NCBI RefSeq assembly: GCF_036321535.1
Contig: NC_087437.1
Coordinates: 24,740,001 to 24,804,000, forward strand
DNA: 64,000 bases
Direction of reading: 5' to 3'
From: Camelus dromedarius
Lineage: Eukaryota
Part shown: one piece after another, positions 23,451-35,725 of the stretch
Numbering within the stretch: position 1 is the first letter of the stretch
How the letters are laid out: each line of letters begins with the position of its first letter
Notes under the pieces: model-generated
The model's database searches: none
Told to the model about the DNA's origin: nothing
What the model saw: the letters and a program-made list of their open reading frames with translations, nothing else
Made by a program: the position numbers and the translations under genes

Positions 23451-26400
23451 ATTGAAATATTTATATAAAATCTAGGAATTAGAATGTTTAAAGTGAATTT
23501 ATGTTTCGTTAGAACTCAGGGACAGTTAAAAATACATATATCCTTAATGGCAGAGGCAACAACTTTAATGATCTATTACATGAACAGTTACCTTTTGTCA
23601 GTTACTTTGAATTTAAATTCAGGCTTTATACATTAACACTTCCACAGTAATTTATAGGCAGGTTTTGAAAAACAAATACCAAACTATTAACTGAATGTAT
23701 TTTGCTTTATGAAAACACTTTCAAAATACATGAACAACAGCGCCCTCTACATTTGGGTAGCACATGATGAAAAAGATTTAACTGGTTGAAAAAAAGGAGC
23801 ATTTTAACAATAATCACTGTGGGTTTGGGGACAAATTATGTGATTGTAATATATTACAAAATTACACGGTAATCTCACATATGAGTTTACAGTATTTTAA
23901 ACCATTGATTTAGTATAGGAAATCAAAATCTGGAAACTCAATATTGCACCATTCAGCAACCAGACTGACAGAAATAATAGTCAAGTGGAAATAGAAGGCT
24001 CTCTAGGAAAATATATTAACCTGTTTCAAAAATAAACTGAATCATATTATTTAATAGATTTTCAGAAGTCAGTTGTGAGTAATTAAAATTATATTATTTT
24101 CCTTTCTTGCTTATATAAATAGGACGTTGGGATGTTTTCAAATTTGGAAGTGGATTAAAGGTTTTTAAAAAATGCTTTATAATTTTCAGTATGCAACTAT
24201 TGAAGAAATACAGACTTAGAACTAGCATTTAATATGTTTGCATGAAATAAAGTAAATAAATTTGTATTTAAGTAAGTTCTTTTGAAAATTCTTTTTCAGA
24301 TTATCATAATAAAGTTGTTTATAAAATTATAAAGATATAGAAAAATACAGTCATGTTACATATAGATCCTCGTGTCTGTAATTAATTAGTAAAACTATCA
24401 CCCAAACAATTATCATATCATCCTTTAAATAATTCAGAAGAGAAAAATTATGCACATATGTTATACTTTTAAAAAATTAGAACAGATTTTTATGACATAG
24501 AATAAAAATTTAAAATATATGTTTACCATTCCTTTTTTTACCTATAAAAACCTATTTTATGACATCTAAATTTTAATTTCTCTCAATAGACAACTCAGTT
24601 TTTAAAATGTGCTTAATAGCAGTAAAATCAGTCTAATGTACTGGCATTTCAAACGTTTGCTTTTCTGTTTAGTGTTTTTCCAGTGCAACTTTTTCACTTA
24701 AAAAAAATGCTTACTTTAAAAATAATATTTTGCTTAAATATACTCTTTTTCACACAAGTTTGATGCTGCTTCACTATTAAGTTTTGAGATCAACTTAGAT
24801 ACTAGTCTAAAGTAAACACCTTTCAGTAAATTATTTGTAAGTTGTTAGTTGGCAAAGAACAGACTAAAATAGTTAAAGACCAGAAACAGTTTGTGTTACT
24901 TTCATCAATTTGATGCAAGAGTTTCAATGTCTAAGTCACTTCACTGAAATAGAACACAATAACACAAAAATTAGAAATTAGTAATTAGCAAACACATATC
25001 TTACATTTTAAAAAGAGTCAACCACTAAACTAACTAAAATAAATTAAAGCCCTGCAGACTGCTTGGTACATTTTTAAGTTACAGCAAACCTGAATAATTA
25101 TATAGCTTGTGAGAAAAAAAGAATGCTCTTTGAAATGATTTCTTTAGTCTTTTCCTTTGCTTAGAGGGCCATGAAAAATCCTAGAACATGCTCTAAATTT
25201 ATAAAGACAAAATGCCCGTGACTCTGGGGATCTTCTTGTTCATTTTAAGAGCAAATTAAAACAGTGAAAGAATGGTGCAAATAATTGTTTCCTATGTTCG
25301 TTGCTTGTGACTGCTGTAATCATCGGGCCTGATTTACAAATGTAGACGTGAAGGTTTCTCAGCTTCCTGCGGGGTAGAAGACTGTTACATTGGCACTCAC
25401 CCTCTCGCCCTTGTAATCACCACTCAGAATTGTGCCCTGGTACTTCCAATTCCCAGTCTCTTGATTGAACACCTCATTCTGTGCTAACAAGGTGTCCAAG
25501 GTATTTGAACAGGGGCTTCAGTCGGAAAATTGTTAATGGTTTTGCTCATTAAGAGTGGCTGTACTAGTTTTGGTAATTTGGTAACTGTCTAAATTGCAAG
25601 TATTTTCTTTTCCCCCTCTTCAGCTTAAGGAAGGATGCTAAATTTAAGACAGTAATGGTCATAACTTCTGTTTCAAAATTGACAAGGGAAGTGAAGTGGT
25701 GTCTGGGTTATTATGCAATAGTTGTCACGGAATTAATAAAATGATCTTGAAAGTCTAGGTTTATTCTCCAGTTATTTTCAAGATATGATTGAAGAGGAAC
25801 CAAATAAAGTTGAAGATAAAAAATTTTCACAGGATGCACGTATGAAATACCTAAGATTTCCTAGAAGTTTAAGGGGTAAAGAGGAAGCAACAAAAATAAT
25901 TTCTTTAGAAACGTAAGAAACGTGAGTTGTTAATGAGTGTTTCTAAATACTCTGTTAAAATAAAATTAGATTAATTCTATTTTTGATACTTATTACTCTA
26001 TTTCTATAAATATAAAAGTATATCTTTAAAAACACATATAGCCTATTTTATTTTTTAGAAAATGTAAATAGTATTGAATTACTTTGCCATTAGAATGAAC
26101 TTTAATGATCAGTAATTGTAAAGCCATTTAATTCAAAGGTCAATAATTTTAATAGATACATTTTTCTACTGAATGCTCATTTAAAAAATAATCCTAGATG
26201 TGATCTGAATGCTTGAATTTGGCTTTTCCAAATATACATAAAAATCCTGAGAACATTATTCATGAGTTTAACTGCATTTGCCTGTATGGAATTGGCCCTG
26301 ACAATGCCAAATTATTTTACTTACGTAAGCCATTTTTTAAATATTTCTATCTTTATAAAAAACGCATTTCCCAAGAGGAATTTTAAAAAGTCAATATTTA

Positions 26401-28789
26401 TCTGTCCTTTGGTTTAATTTAATACCTGTGATTTACTTTATCAATTCAGATTTAAAAGGAAGAACATTTCTGAAAAGAGTTTTTCTGACACATTCTCTGT
26501 CTGTTTGTTTCTTTCATAATCACGGAAGGCTTTACTAAGTTTGGCAGCAGTATCCCCAGGGATTTATTTTAAATTATTTTTAGTGATTTGGACAGTTGCC
26601 ATTTTATCATAAAGATGAAAAGGTGAGAGATGAGATTCAGCTGAGGATGGAAGTTTCTCCCCTATACCGAGCAAAGGGCTATTTTAAAGTGATTTATGTG
26701 GCAGTTTTCTTCTGTGTCACCATTATGTCCCTGCTGCCTGAGTGTGACAACGTGGTGCTTGCTAACATTTTGGTAATAATTTATTGGGATGAGGTTTTTT
26801 TGCCTGAAGTTGAGCCTGCAATCCTTTTAACACTCTGCTAGAAGACGTAAGTTCTCTACAGGCTTATTTATTTTTCACTTTGGAACTGTGCACTCACACA
26901 AAAACCTGCCTACATAAATCTGCAACTTCTCTTTTTGAATTGGAAGTTGAATACAGACCATGACTTGTGCATATAAAAAAAATGCAGAAATAATGCCCCC
27001 CTACTGCGTAAGTATTTTTGTTTTTCATGAATCAAGCCCAAAGTTATTTAAATTAATTCTAGTCTCATCATGGTAATAGAATATCCTTTTTTGACCTCTT
27101 AAAAATACTAATGCATGAATGTAATTTTACTGGTTATTTGACCAAATTTCTCATATATTTAAAAATTCTGTAACACACACAAAAAACCCCATGGCTACAG
27201 TTTCCTGTTAACAGGCTTTAATCAGTCAGAATGAAAATACGAGTTTTGATGTTTACGAAGCATTATATTTCATTATATCTTTGAAGATACGGAAAACAAA
27301 GAATTTATGGGGATTTTTCCCCAATGTGTTTACACTGAAAGCTGTGCAGTTGATTAATCGATCAGGGAATCTCTGAAGTCTTACTCTTTGGATCTGGGAG
27401 TTATGATTTAGAAATTGTATTGCACATTTAAGCTGGACACATTTGCTTTAAAATAACAAGTATAGCCTTCCCTATGTGTTTGGCTATAAACATAGCAGAT
27501 TAGAAATATAGTTTATTTTGCTAGATCTAGTTTTGGTTGTAAGTGAAAAACAAATTAGCAGGTTTTTTTTTCCAATATTGAAACCTTCAACACCTAATTT
27601 GATTGATCTTTCCAGTTGTTTGGTGCTGTAGAGAGACTTCAAAATGCCCGTGAATGTACTGGGATGATTTCTGCTAATATTAGTGGCAACTAGTCGAAGA
27701 TTGGATTTGTTCTTTTAATCTTGGGAGTAAAGCAACAGATTCCTGCTTGGAAAATACCATTGACTTCCGTAGTCATGAATCTGTAATTAGAATACGATCA
27801 AGCCATAGACTGAAGAGGTGGATATTAACTAGTGGAGATTCCAAGCTTCTAAAATTACTTTTGGAGGTTTCTTTTTAACTGGTGATGTGATTTTTCTTGA
27901 CAAAACTCAGTACTCCTACTTCAAAGAAGATAAAATTGTACAACGTTTTGGCTAAATGATATCAATACGTGTAGTCAGTTTCGGTAATTGGTTTCTATAC
28001 TTGGTTCTGAGAACCACTCAAAGTTTGTATTTCTTGCATGGACAGACTTGTTATGGAATACATTATTTAGCTAGTCTTTTAAAAATATATTGACTAGCTA
28101 CTTTAGCATTAGTTGTAACTTTAAATTATGTTGAATTTACTTTACCATTATAAAACAGGGCTGGCTCCACAAAGGGAAGGTAACATAATTTTTGGAGTGG
28201 GGGGTGGGTGTGGGAACCTAACTTTGTGTATGTTTCAGAGCTTAATGTATTGTTTGTTTTTAATAATTGCCAAAGTGCATGCTTAGGGTTCGCACTCTAG
28301 TTTCTGTAAGAAGCTGATGCATTTATTACTTTAAAGGCTAGTGTCACACAGTGAAAGGACAGTGAACATTTAGATGCTTATTGTTATCAGCTTTGATTAT
28401 ATTATTGCAAATAATAAAACAATCAGTGCTCAGATGTCTTACATCTTAAGTCATGATTATGGTGAGAATTCTAGTGATGTGCCTCACTAATGTGTAGAGA
28501 AGACAGAAATTTGACTTCAATATAATAGTATTGAGAATTGTCTTTGAAGTGACTAAAATATGCATTTCTAAGCCTGTAAACATTTTGTCTAGAGTGAATA
28601 TACCCTCGTGTTTGAGAAACCTGGCTTCCTATTGATGTTCAGGGAAACTCACATTTGCTGTATTTTGTTTATCACTGTTACTCAAATGTGAAAGTAGAAG
28701 TCAGTGTTGGAAGGGATGCTAAAGGTCGATTTGCAAAGGGGCAAAATGAGATACAGAGTTGAGGTAAACTTCCATATACGTTTTCTTTA

Positions 28790-28965
28790 TAGACCTTGAA
28801 TTTTAGAGTCATAAGGACTTTGATTAACTTATTCCAAGGACTTTATTTGAAAGATAAGGAAGTTGAAGACTTGAGAATTTCAAGACTTTTCCCAAAGTCC
28901 CACAGCCAGTTAGCAGGTTCAGGACTAGAATCTAAGTTCTCTACTTTCCAGACCAGTATTCTTAC
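28790..28965 (-). mobile_element. MIR SINE
   Basis: gataaggaagttgaagac...cccaaagtcccacagccagttag...ggactagaatctaagttctc. Confidence 0.7.
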
Positions 28966-30289
28966 CCCCATCCCCCCCCCCAACCAATTCCATCACCTCA
29001 AAATCAATACCTACTTGAATGGTTGTACTGAATAGAAAAATAGCCATTGTGCTGGCTTGGAGTCACTGAACAACTGAAGATGACTTGATCCTACTCATTG
29101 TGTGTTTGTTACTTGTTAAAACACATTAAAATCATCCTTATGAACTAACTCATGGTGCAAAGATCAGAGACTGGATCAAAAGGTGAAGTTTTACTAAAAA
29201 GGCTAGCAAATTCAAAAAGCAGATTATTTATGCTTTTTACTGAAGTTATCCTGAATATGAGACATATTGAATAAGACGTTTATAGAAGCTTGAGGCTAAG
29301 TTGGTTTTCATGATATTTTTATGCCATTGGAGATGATACCTATTTTAGAGGAAAGATCTGAATGTGCATGTATGGGTATGGGTGAAGTTGGAGTGTATGG
29401 TATATGAATAGTTGGAGTTAGAGTTGGGTATGTAGTTGGGGATATAATGTTCATCTGTCACTTTCTATGCTAGTGATAATTTTCTAGAAACAACTGAGAT
29501 AATCCATGATCAGGGAGGCAGGGAAATAGTCATAAGAAACAAGTATCCAGGATTCAGCCAATCAGTGAGAACTGTTACATGACTATGTAATAAGGTGGTA
29601 TGGTCTAAGTCTAGGGGAATAGAAATAAGAGCGCTACAATACAATCAGAGATGGGCATGGCCCAGCAGAGGTAAGGTTTAAGAAAATCCTTGCAGGATAT
29701 ATAGGAGATCATGATACCAACAAGGAATATACAGAAGGTTATCATAATGAGAACTCACGATATTTTCTAGCCTAATGGAATATTCTGTGTTTTGAATATG
29801 TAATGTGCTTTCACATCTCTGTGGATTTTCTCATGTTCCTCTTTCTACCTAAAATACACTCGTTCTACCTGGAAAATGCCCACTCATTCTTCTAAATCTG
29901 ATTGGACTGATACCACAGCTCTTTAGCTCTCTTGGGTGTTTTCGTGCCTTCAAATAAAATTAAATGCTTTCTAACATACTACACATCACATTGTATTCTA
30001 AATTACAAGAGTTATAAATGCTAATTTAGAAAATAAGCATTCAGGATCCTTCCACTGGAGAAAGCCATTTTGATGTCTTTTTTTCACAGACAAATATACA
30101 CACGTGCTTATATATACATGCTATATATATGATGCATATATTCATATATAGTTGAAATTATAATATTCATCTTTTTTTTATCCAATGTATACAATTTTTA
30201 AAGTATTTTGTTCACTTAATATTATATTGGGAGCATTTATCCTTAGAATTATGTCTTCTTTATTTTGGCAGCCTCCAAAATTCTTTTTG

Positions 30290-30870
30290 AATTGAACAGA
30301 TGTGGGTTTTAGAAAGAAAACTGGAGGTGGTAGAGAAGACAGTTTGGAGGGAAACCAGTTATTACAGTGTTCTAGGCAAGAGCCAATAAAGCATGAAGCC
30401 AGGGCAATGGGAGTGGGGAGCAAAGATGGGTAAGCACTCAGTCATGTTGAACATGCTAGAGAGAGGTCAAGTGAGGTGAGGATCTTAAAGGTGCCCCTGA
30501 ACTTGACAGTAAATTGTTGGTGATGTTGGTAAAGCTAGTTTATTAGAAGTAGAAGGGCAGGAGTAAGATGGCCTTGATGAAGGAGTAAATGAAAGATGAG
30601 AAGTTAGATGCTATAATATGAATTCTGCCTCAAGAATTTTGGCAGAAGGGAAAAGATTTGGCAAAATAGGAAAGGAGCTTGAGGGGGAGGCAGGGACCAG
30701 AGAGGTCTTTGCTATTGCTGCTCTTTAAGAAAAGAATAAACACATTTGGGTTCAACGTGGGAGAAACCAATGAAGAGGGAGAAAATAGAAGATATAAAGG
30801 AGAAAGAAAGTAATTTGTAGGATGAAGTTATAAGGATGCAAGAGGGATAGAATACAGAGGAAATTTGCCT
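30290..30870 (-). mobile_element. L2 LINE fragment
   Basis: Purine-rich L2 body: gagaggtcaagtgaggtgaggatc...ttggtgatgttgg. Confidence 0.6.
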
Positions 30871-31469
30871 ATTTATAATCCAAGCCTTTTAATGCTCGTA
30901 TGTATATATCTTAGAATTTTGAAATTGAACATAGGACAGAATTGTTTGTCCTAAGACATTTTTATTTGTCTATAAGTAAAGACTGTGTGATTTGACTGAG
31001 CAGTCAACATGGCGGTTCTAGTTCAAATACTCAGGCTGGACAAGGCCTGGCATGTCTGAGTAAGAAGGCCTCCATGTGACCTAACCATAGCGAATGAGAG
31101 GGTTATGAAGAAGAGGTAGAGAATTAACAGTCTGCCACCCTTGGAAGTGGAGTGGGGCTAATTTTCTCATCTTTTGTAGTACACAATTAAGATGTCATCT
31201 AAAGCTTTAAAACATGAAATAGAAGTTTATTATATTATTTAAAGTTCACTTACTAATTATATTATGTAAATACTATAGTTACAAAAACAAACCATAGAAA
31301 ATTAAAATTAATAAAACGAACATTACTAACAGGAGAAAATAAGCCACAACTAAGTTCCTTATCTTTCAAAGCAGTATGTAGATATATGTAAAATAATAAA
31401 TGATAAGAAACAATATAAGCATTTTATTTAGATTCATGGTGTTGAACAAGTAAAGAAGTAATAAAATTT

Positions 31470-32530
31470 AGGTTGGGGATTCAAGATGGCTATGTAGGAA
31501 GATCATGAGCTCACCTAGTACCATGGACACACCAAAACTGCAGTTACATATGAGATAATTCTGTCTGAAAAATAACGGAAAACTAGCTGAACTGCTGCTC
31601 CACAACAAAGGATAAAAGTGAGACAGGGCACAACCATTAAAAGAATGACACAGCAATTAGCAACAAGGTGGTGGAAGATCCAACGTCCAGGAGACCCTGA
31701 GCTTCACTATACACTCATTGTAATATGATAGCTGCTAAATGATACTCCCACAGGTGCCACGACAGTTACAAGACTGACCATAAAAGTCCAAAAAGTGGAT
31801 GATGGTCTAATTCCTGGGAATCCCAGCCCTTTCCCCGAAGTAGTTGGAGTAATCCTCCCACTTGTTAGCATATGAAGTTACTGAGCCCATAAAAACTAAC
31901 AACCCCACACCCAGGCTCTCTCTTTCTCTCCCTCCTCTCTCCTACCTTCTAGATAGCCCACACTCTGTCTATGGAGTGTGCATCTCTGAATAAATCCACC
32001 TTTACTCTATTATTGCTCACTCTTGAATTTTTCCTTGTGTGAAGCCAAGCACCTTCACTTGATGGGGCCCGTCCCAGGGACTCAACCGGAACCTGGGATA
32101 TGTCCATCCTCTCATGCCCCATTTTCCTATATCCAAAGGACTACATTGAGACAGGGAGAGAGGCAGAGGCACTGTCTTACCAAAAACCCAATCCCCACCA
32201 TAGCGACTCACAACTGGGATGGATCTTGCAAGTCTGGAGCTTCTTTTGGAAAAAGAAAGGGTTTGTGCCCCACATTTGGCACCTCCAACCCTTGGGACTT
32301 GCACCAGAGATACGAGCCTCCAAAAGCCTGGTTTAGAAAACCAATGGGGTTTACAGGCAAGGGATCCAAAGGGATGGAATGAACTGAGATTCTCCTTTTA
32401 AAGAGCTCATGTGTATTTCAGTCGCCAAGCGACCCCATGCAAAAGCAGTAGTTTGAAAAGCATCTGGACCATATGTGAAGGAGATTCATTTGCTAATCTT
32501 AAAGCATCAGTTGGGAATTTTGGGAGGCAG
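31470..32530 (+). mobile_element. L1 5' UTR fragment, split by an ERV1 solo LTR
   Basis: ttcaagatggctatgtaggaagatcatgagctcacc...ccatggacacaccaaaact; resumes after 32138 with gtttgtgccccacatttggcacc...ggagattcatttgctaatc. Confidence 0.7.
31619..32134 (+). mobile_element. MER41-like ERV1 solo LTR
   Basis: Begins TG; imperfect terminal inverted repeat tgagacagg/cctatatcc; 4-bp TSD AAAG (31615-31618 and 32135-32138). MER41-like blocks taatcctcccacttgttagcatat, ccataaaaact, ctctgtctatggagt and aataaa. Confidence 0.75.
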
Positions 32531-33589
32531 AAGGTAGGAGGAGCATTTTTAGATGACACACTATCTCAGAGAAAGTGAAGTAAAAGCAAGCAATAGTAAA
32601 AATAGAGGAATTAGGCTTGGCACCCATTGAGAACAACTCTGTCTCAGAGATGGTCATCAAGAAGGAAAAAAAAGCAAAAACACAATTAAAAATGTTTGAG
32701 GTAGGAATGTTTGAGGTCAGATGTCTTCGATCTTCAATGTCAAATAGGAGAAAAAGTCATCTGAAAAGTATGTTAGGGAAAGCCATTGTATTAGCTACTT
32801 AATATGGTAGACTTTTGCAAATAATGTCGTAAGCTAACAAGTATGAGAAGGACTAAAGAATTTTTGAGCAGATAAAGACACAATAGAGGCTAAAAAAGAA
32901 TGTAGTAATATGAAAAGAACCTAATCATCTCCCCACTGTACTTCAAAGAAGTTACTCAAAATAATTAACATGTCCCCTTTTGTCTGTTCACCTTTGTTTG
33001 GACCTCAGAAATTATGCCTTGAATCACCATTGGCAAACTGACTTCCATTTTTCAGCCAGTTCCAAATAGTTAAAATTGAAAAATTTAAAATTGGAAAAAT
33101 AGGAAAGTTGTTTACTATTTAAAAATAATTTTTATCTCTCTTAGAAATTCTCTTTTCAAGTTTTCACCATTATTATGATTAAAATATGTATGCTTAGGCT
33201 CTAGAATGCTTTTTCTCCATTAAAGTTTATTTTATACCACTCTTCTTACCAAGGATATAATTATGGCCCATTCATTTAAAATTGCCTTTTACATAAAAGT
33301 CTCTTCATCCTGAAAATGTCATTGTGCGTGACTCCTTTCATTCAGATTTTGTTTCATCCAAGAACTATTCCCGTGTAAAATAGTAGTTTAAAAATTTTGG
33401 TGTTTGGATTATCCGGAGGACTATGCACAAATCTGAGATTCCTTTATGGTTTTTAAAACATTTTACTTTTATGTAGAACTGAAGATATTTTAGCTTAATT
33501 TTTCTTATTTCTTGGGCTGTGAAAAGAATAACTTTTCACTTACCTCTGAGTGGACGACTCATTCTGCACTGAGTTCCAAGTTCTTATAT

Positions 33590-33710
33590 GGTAGAGAGCA
33601 ATGGAGAAAGACTAACATTTAAATTCTGGTTCCATCACTAACTAGCTGGATGACTCTGGGAAATTATTTATCCTTTCTGGGTCTCAGTTGCTATTCTTCT
33701 CAGCCTATAA
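33590..33710 (+). mobile_element. MIR SINE fragment
   Basis: aattctggttccatcactaactagctggatgactctggg...ctgggtctcagtt. Confidence 0.7.
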
Positions 33711-33752
33711 GGAGTTTTCCTTTTCATTCGGAACTTCTTATGACTGGAAGCC

Positions 33753-34250
33753 TGTACTAGTTTCTATTTCTGCTGTAACAAATTACCACAAACAACACAA
33801 AGTTGCTGTTTTCTAGTTCTGGAGTTCAGAAGTCTAAAGTGGGTCTCACTGGGTTAATGTCAAGGTGTCAGCAGGGCCGCCTTCCTTCTGGAGGTTCTAG
33901 AGTATCTGTTTCCTTGGCTTTTCTAGCGTCTAGAAGCCAGCCGCCTCCTGCCAGTGACCCCCATCCATCTTGAAGGCCATCTGTTGCATCATGTTGGCCT
34001 CTGCTTCAGTTGCCATGTCCCCTTCTCCACCTCTGACCCTCTTACCTCCCTCGTTCACTTATAAGAACTCTTGTGATTACATTTGGGCCCACCCCAATAA
34101 TCTAGGACAATATCCCAACTTTTAAAAATCTAACCACGTCTGTAAAGTCCATTTTGCCATATAAGGTAACACATCCTTGTGTAATAGAATATAAGGATTA
34201 GGCTGTGGATATCTTTTGGGGAGGTGGGGTGCATTATTCTGCCCATCACA
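33753..34250 (-). mobile_element. MLT1D-like MaLR solo LTR, full length
   Basis: TG...CA termini; the minus strand begins tgtgatgggcagaataatg...aaagatatccac...gttaccttatatggcaaa; 5-bp TSD aagcc/aggcc. Confidence 0.85.
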
Positions 34251-35239
34251 AGGCCAGAAAGGATATACTCTGTAGATTTCCACCTCTTCACTCCACCACC
34301 ACCAGGGAAAAATATCATTTTTATGAAAACTCTCCATGTGGTTGAGAAAAATCTCTCTTTCTGAGTGTATTTGTATAATGAATTATCTCTCAAAAAATGT
34401 TAATGTGTAAGAGTTCTATTAGTATGTTTGAACATTAATTAAGCAGGGACACTTCTTATTTCATTTGACTTTCATAGGTTTTGTCCATCAATACTGCATG
34501 GTGGCACAGATGATTCTTTCCCACTGCAGCATCTTACTTTTATTACCTATGTATGGCTTCATGTGAGCCAAAAGGTTAGATGTTACAATTATTTATGCTA
34601 ATCTCAATTTGCTTTTGTGCTGTAGACAGTACAAATAAAGCTGCAGCAACTGATTACACATCATTGACAGCAGAAAAAACATAGTTTCATCAATGAAAAA
34701 ACTGAGTCATGTAACAGTTCAATAGTTGTGTGCAGCCTCATGAGAATGACAATCAAAACCAGGTCGTAATGATATGAATATTTATTGGGTACCTCATCCT
34801 GCCTGGTGATTTTAATAGTCTGTAAAAAAAATGCATGTTTAAAGGGAAACATTTCTGTTTCTATTGAATACTATTTTGTGTAATACAATGTATTATATTG
34901 GAGTTTTAAGTATTTTTACATTGGTTTTCTTATTTCTAAGACTGGTTTTTAAGATTGGTTTTCTTTTGTTTTATTATTCTAGAGTCATTGGATTTAATCT
35001 TAAAATGGATAAATACCATATTTAAAAATCTATATTCACAAACATTTCTATGTCTGACACATGTCCATTGCTGTCTTATATGGATGCTATTTTGGCAAGT
35101 TGGGCTGAGGAATAGTTAGAAATAACATAAATGTGAAAAAATAATGTCTTACCAAACAGTTAAAATAAACATCTATAAAATTTATTCAGCAAAATAATTG
35201 TCTGAGGCTTTGCAATAAATTACTGAAAGAATAGGCCTG

Positions 35240-35725
35240 GAACACATAACTTCCAAACTGTTAGAGGAAAAAGGAGAGTAAAGAAATCTCTCAGTTCCAT
35301 AGAAGTCTGGAAAGGAAGGGGGAAAATGAGAGAAAAAATTTGCCAAATATTCAGCAGATTCTTAATGAGTGTCTGCTAGGGATCAGAATTTTTCTCTGAA
35401 AATGTTTTTCAAACAAATGGTAAGCACAATAAGTGTAAATAGATTAAACTCTTCTATTAAATGTTGAAGACTTTCAGGTTGGATACATTGGTTTTTTAAG
35501 ACTAGATATATATAATTGACACACTTAAAACACACAGAAAGACTTAGAGCAAATAAATGGGAAAAGTTATATAATACAAATTTTGTTTCACCTAATAACA
35601 TAACCTTAAAATATGTAAAACCAAAGAAACAGACCTATAAGGTAAAGCCAACAAATGTACAACCATACTGGGTTTCATATTTCAGAAATCAGTCTATCAT
35701 AATAAAATTCAGGAAGGATTAAAAA
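35240..35725 (+). mobile_element. Old L1 inter-ORF / ORF2 endonuclease fragment
   Basis: acaataagtgtaaatagattaaactcttctattaaa...ttggata resembles the start of the L1 endonuclease (TLNVNGLNSPIK...W). Confidence 0.65.

Noticed and set aside
26994..27008. CTCF-like motif
   Set aside because: One extra G breaks the core spacing.
25208..27653. 14-bp direct repeat caaaatgcccgtga at ~25208 and ~27640
   Set aside because: Several 14-mer matches are expected by chance in 64 kb.
32017..32401. Cluster of overlapping ORFs
   Set aside because: They fall in the LTR 3' end and L1 5' UTR; GC-richer repeat sequence has fewer stop codons.
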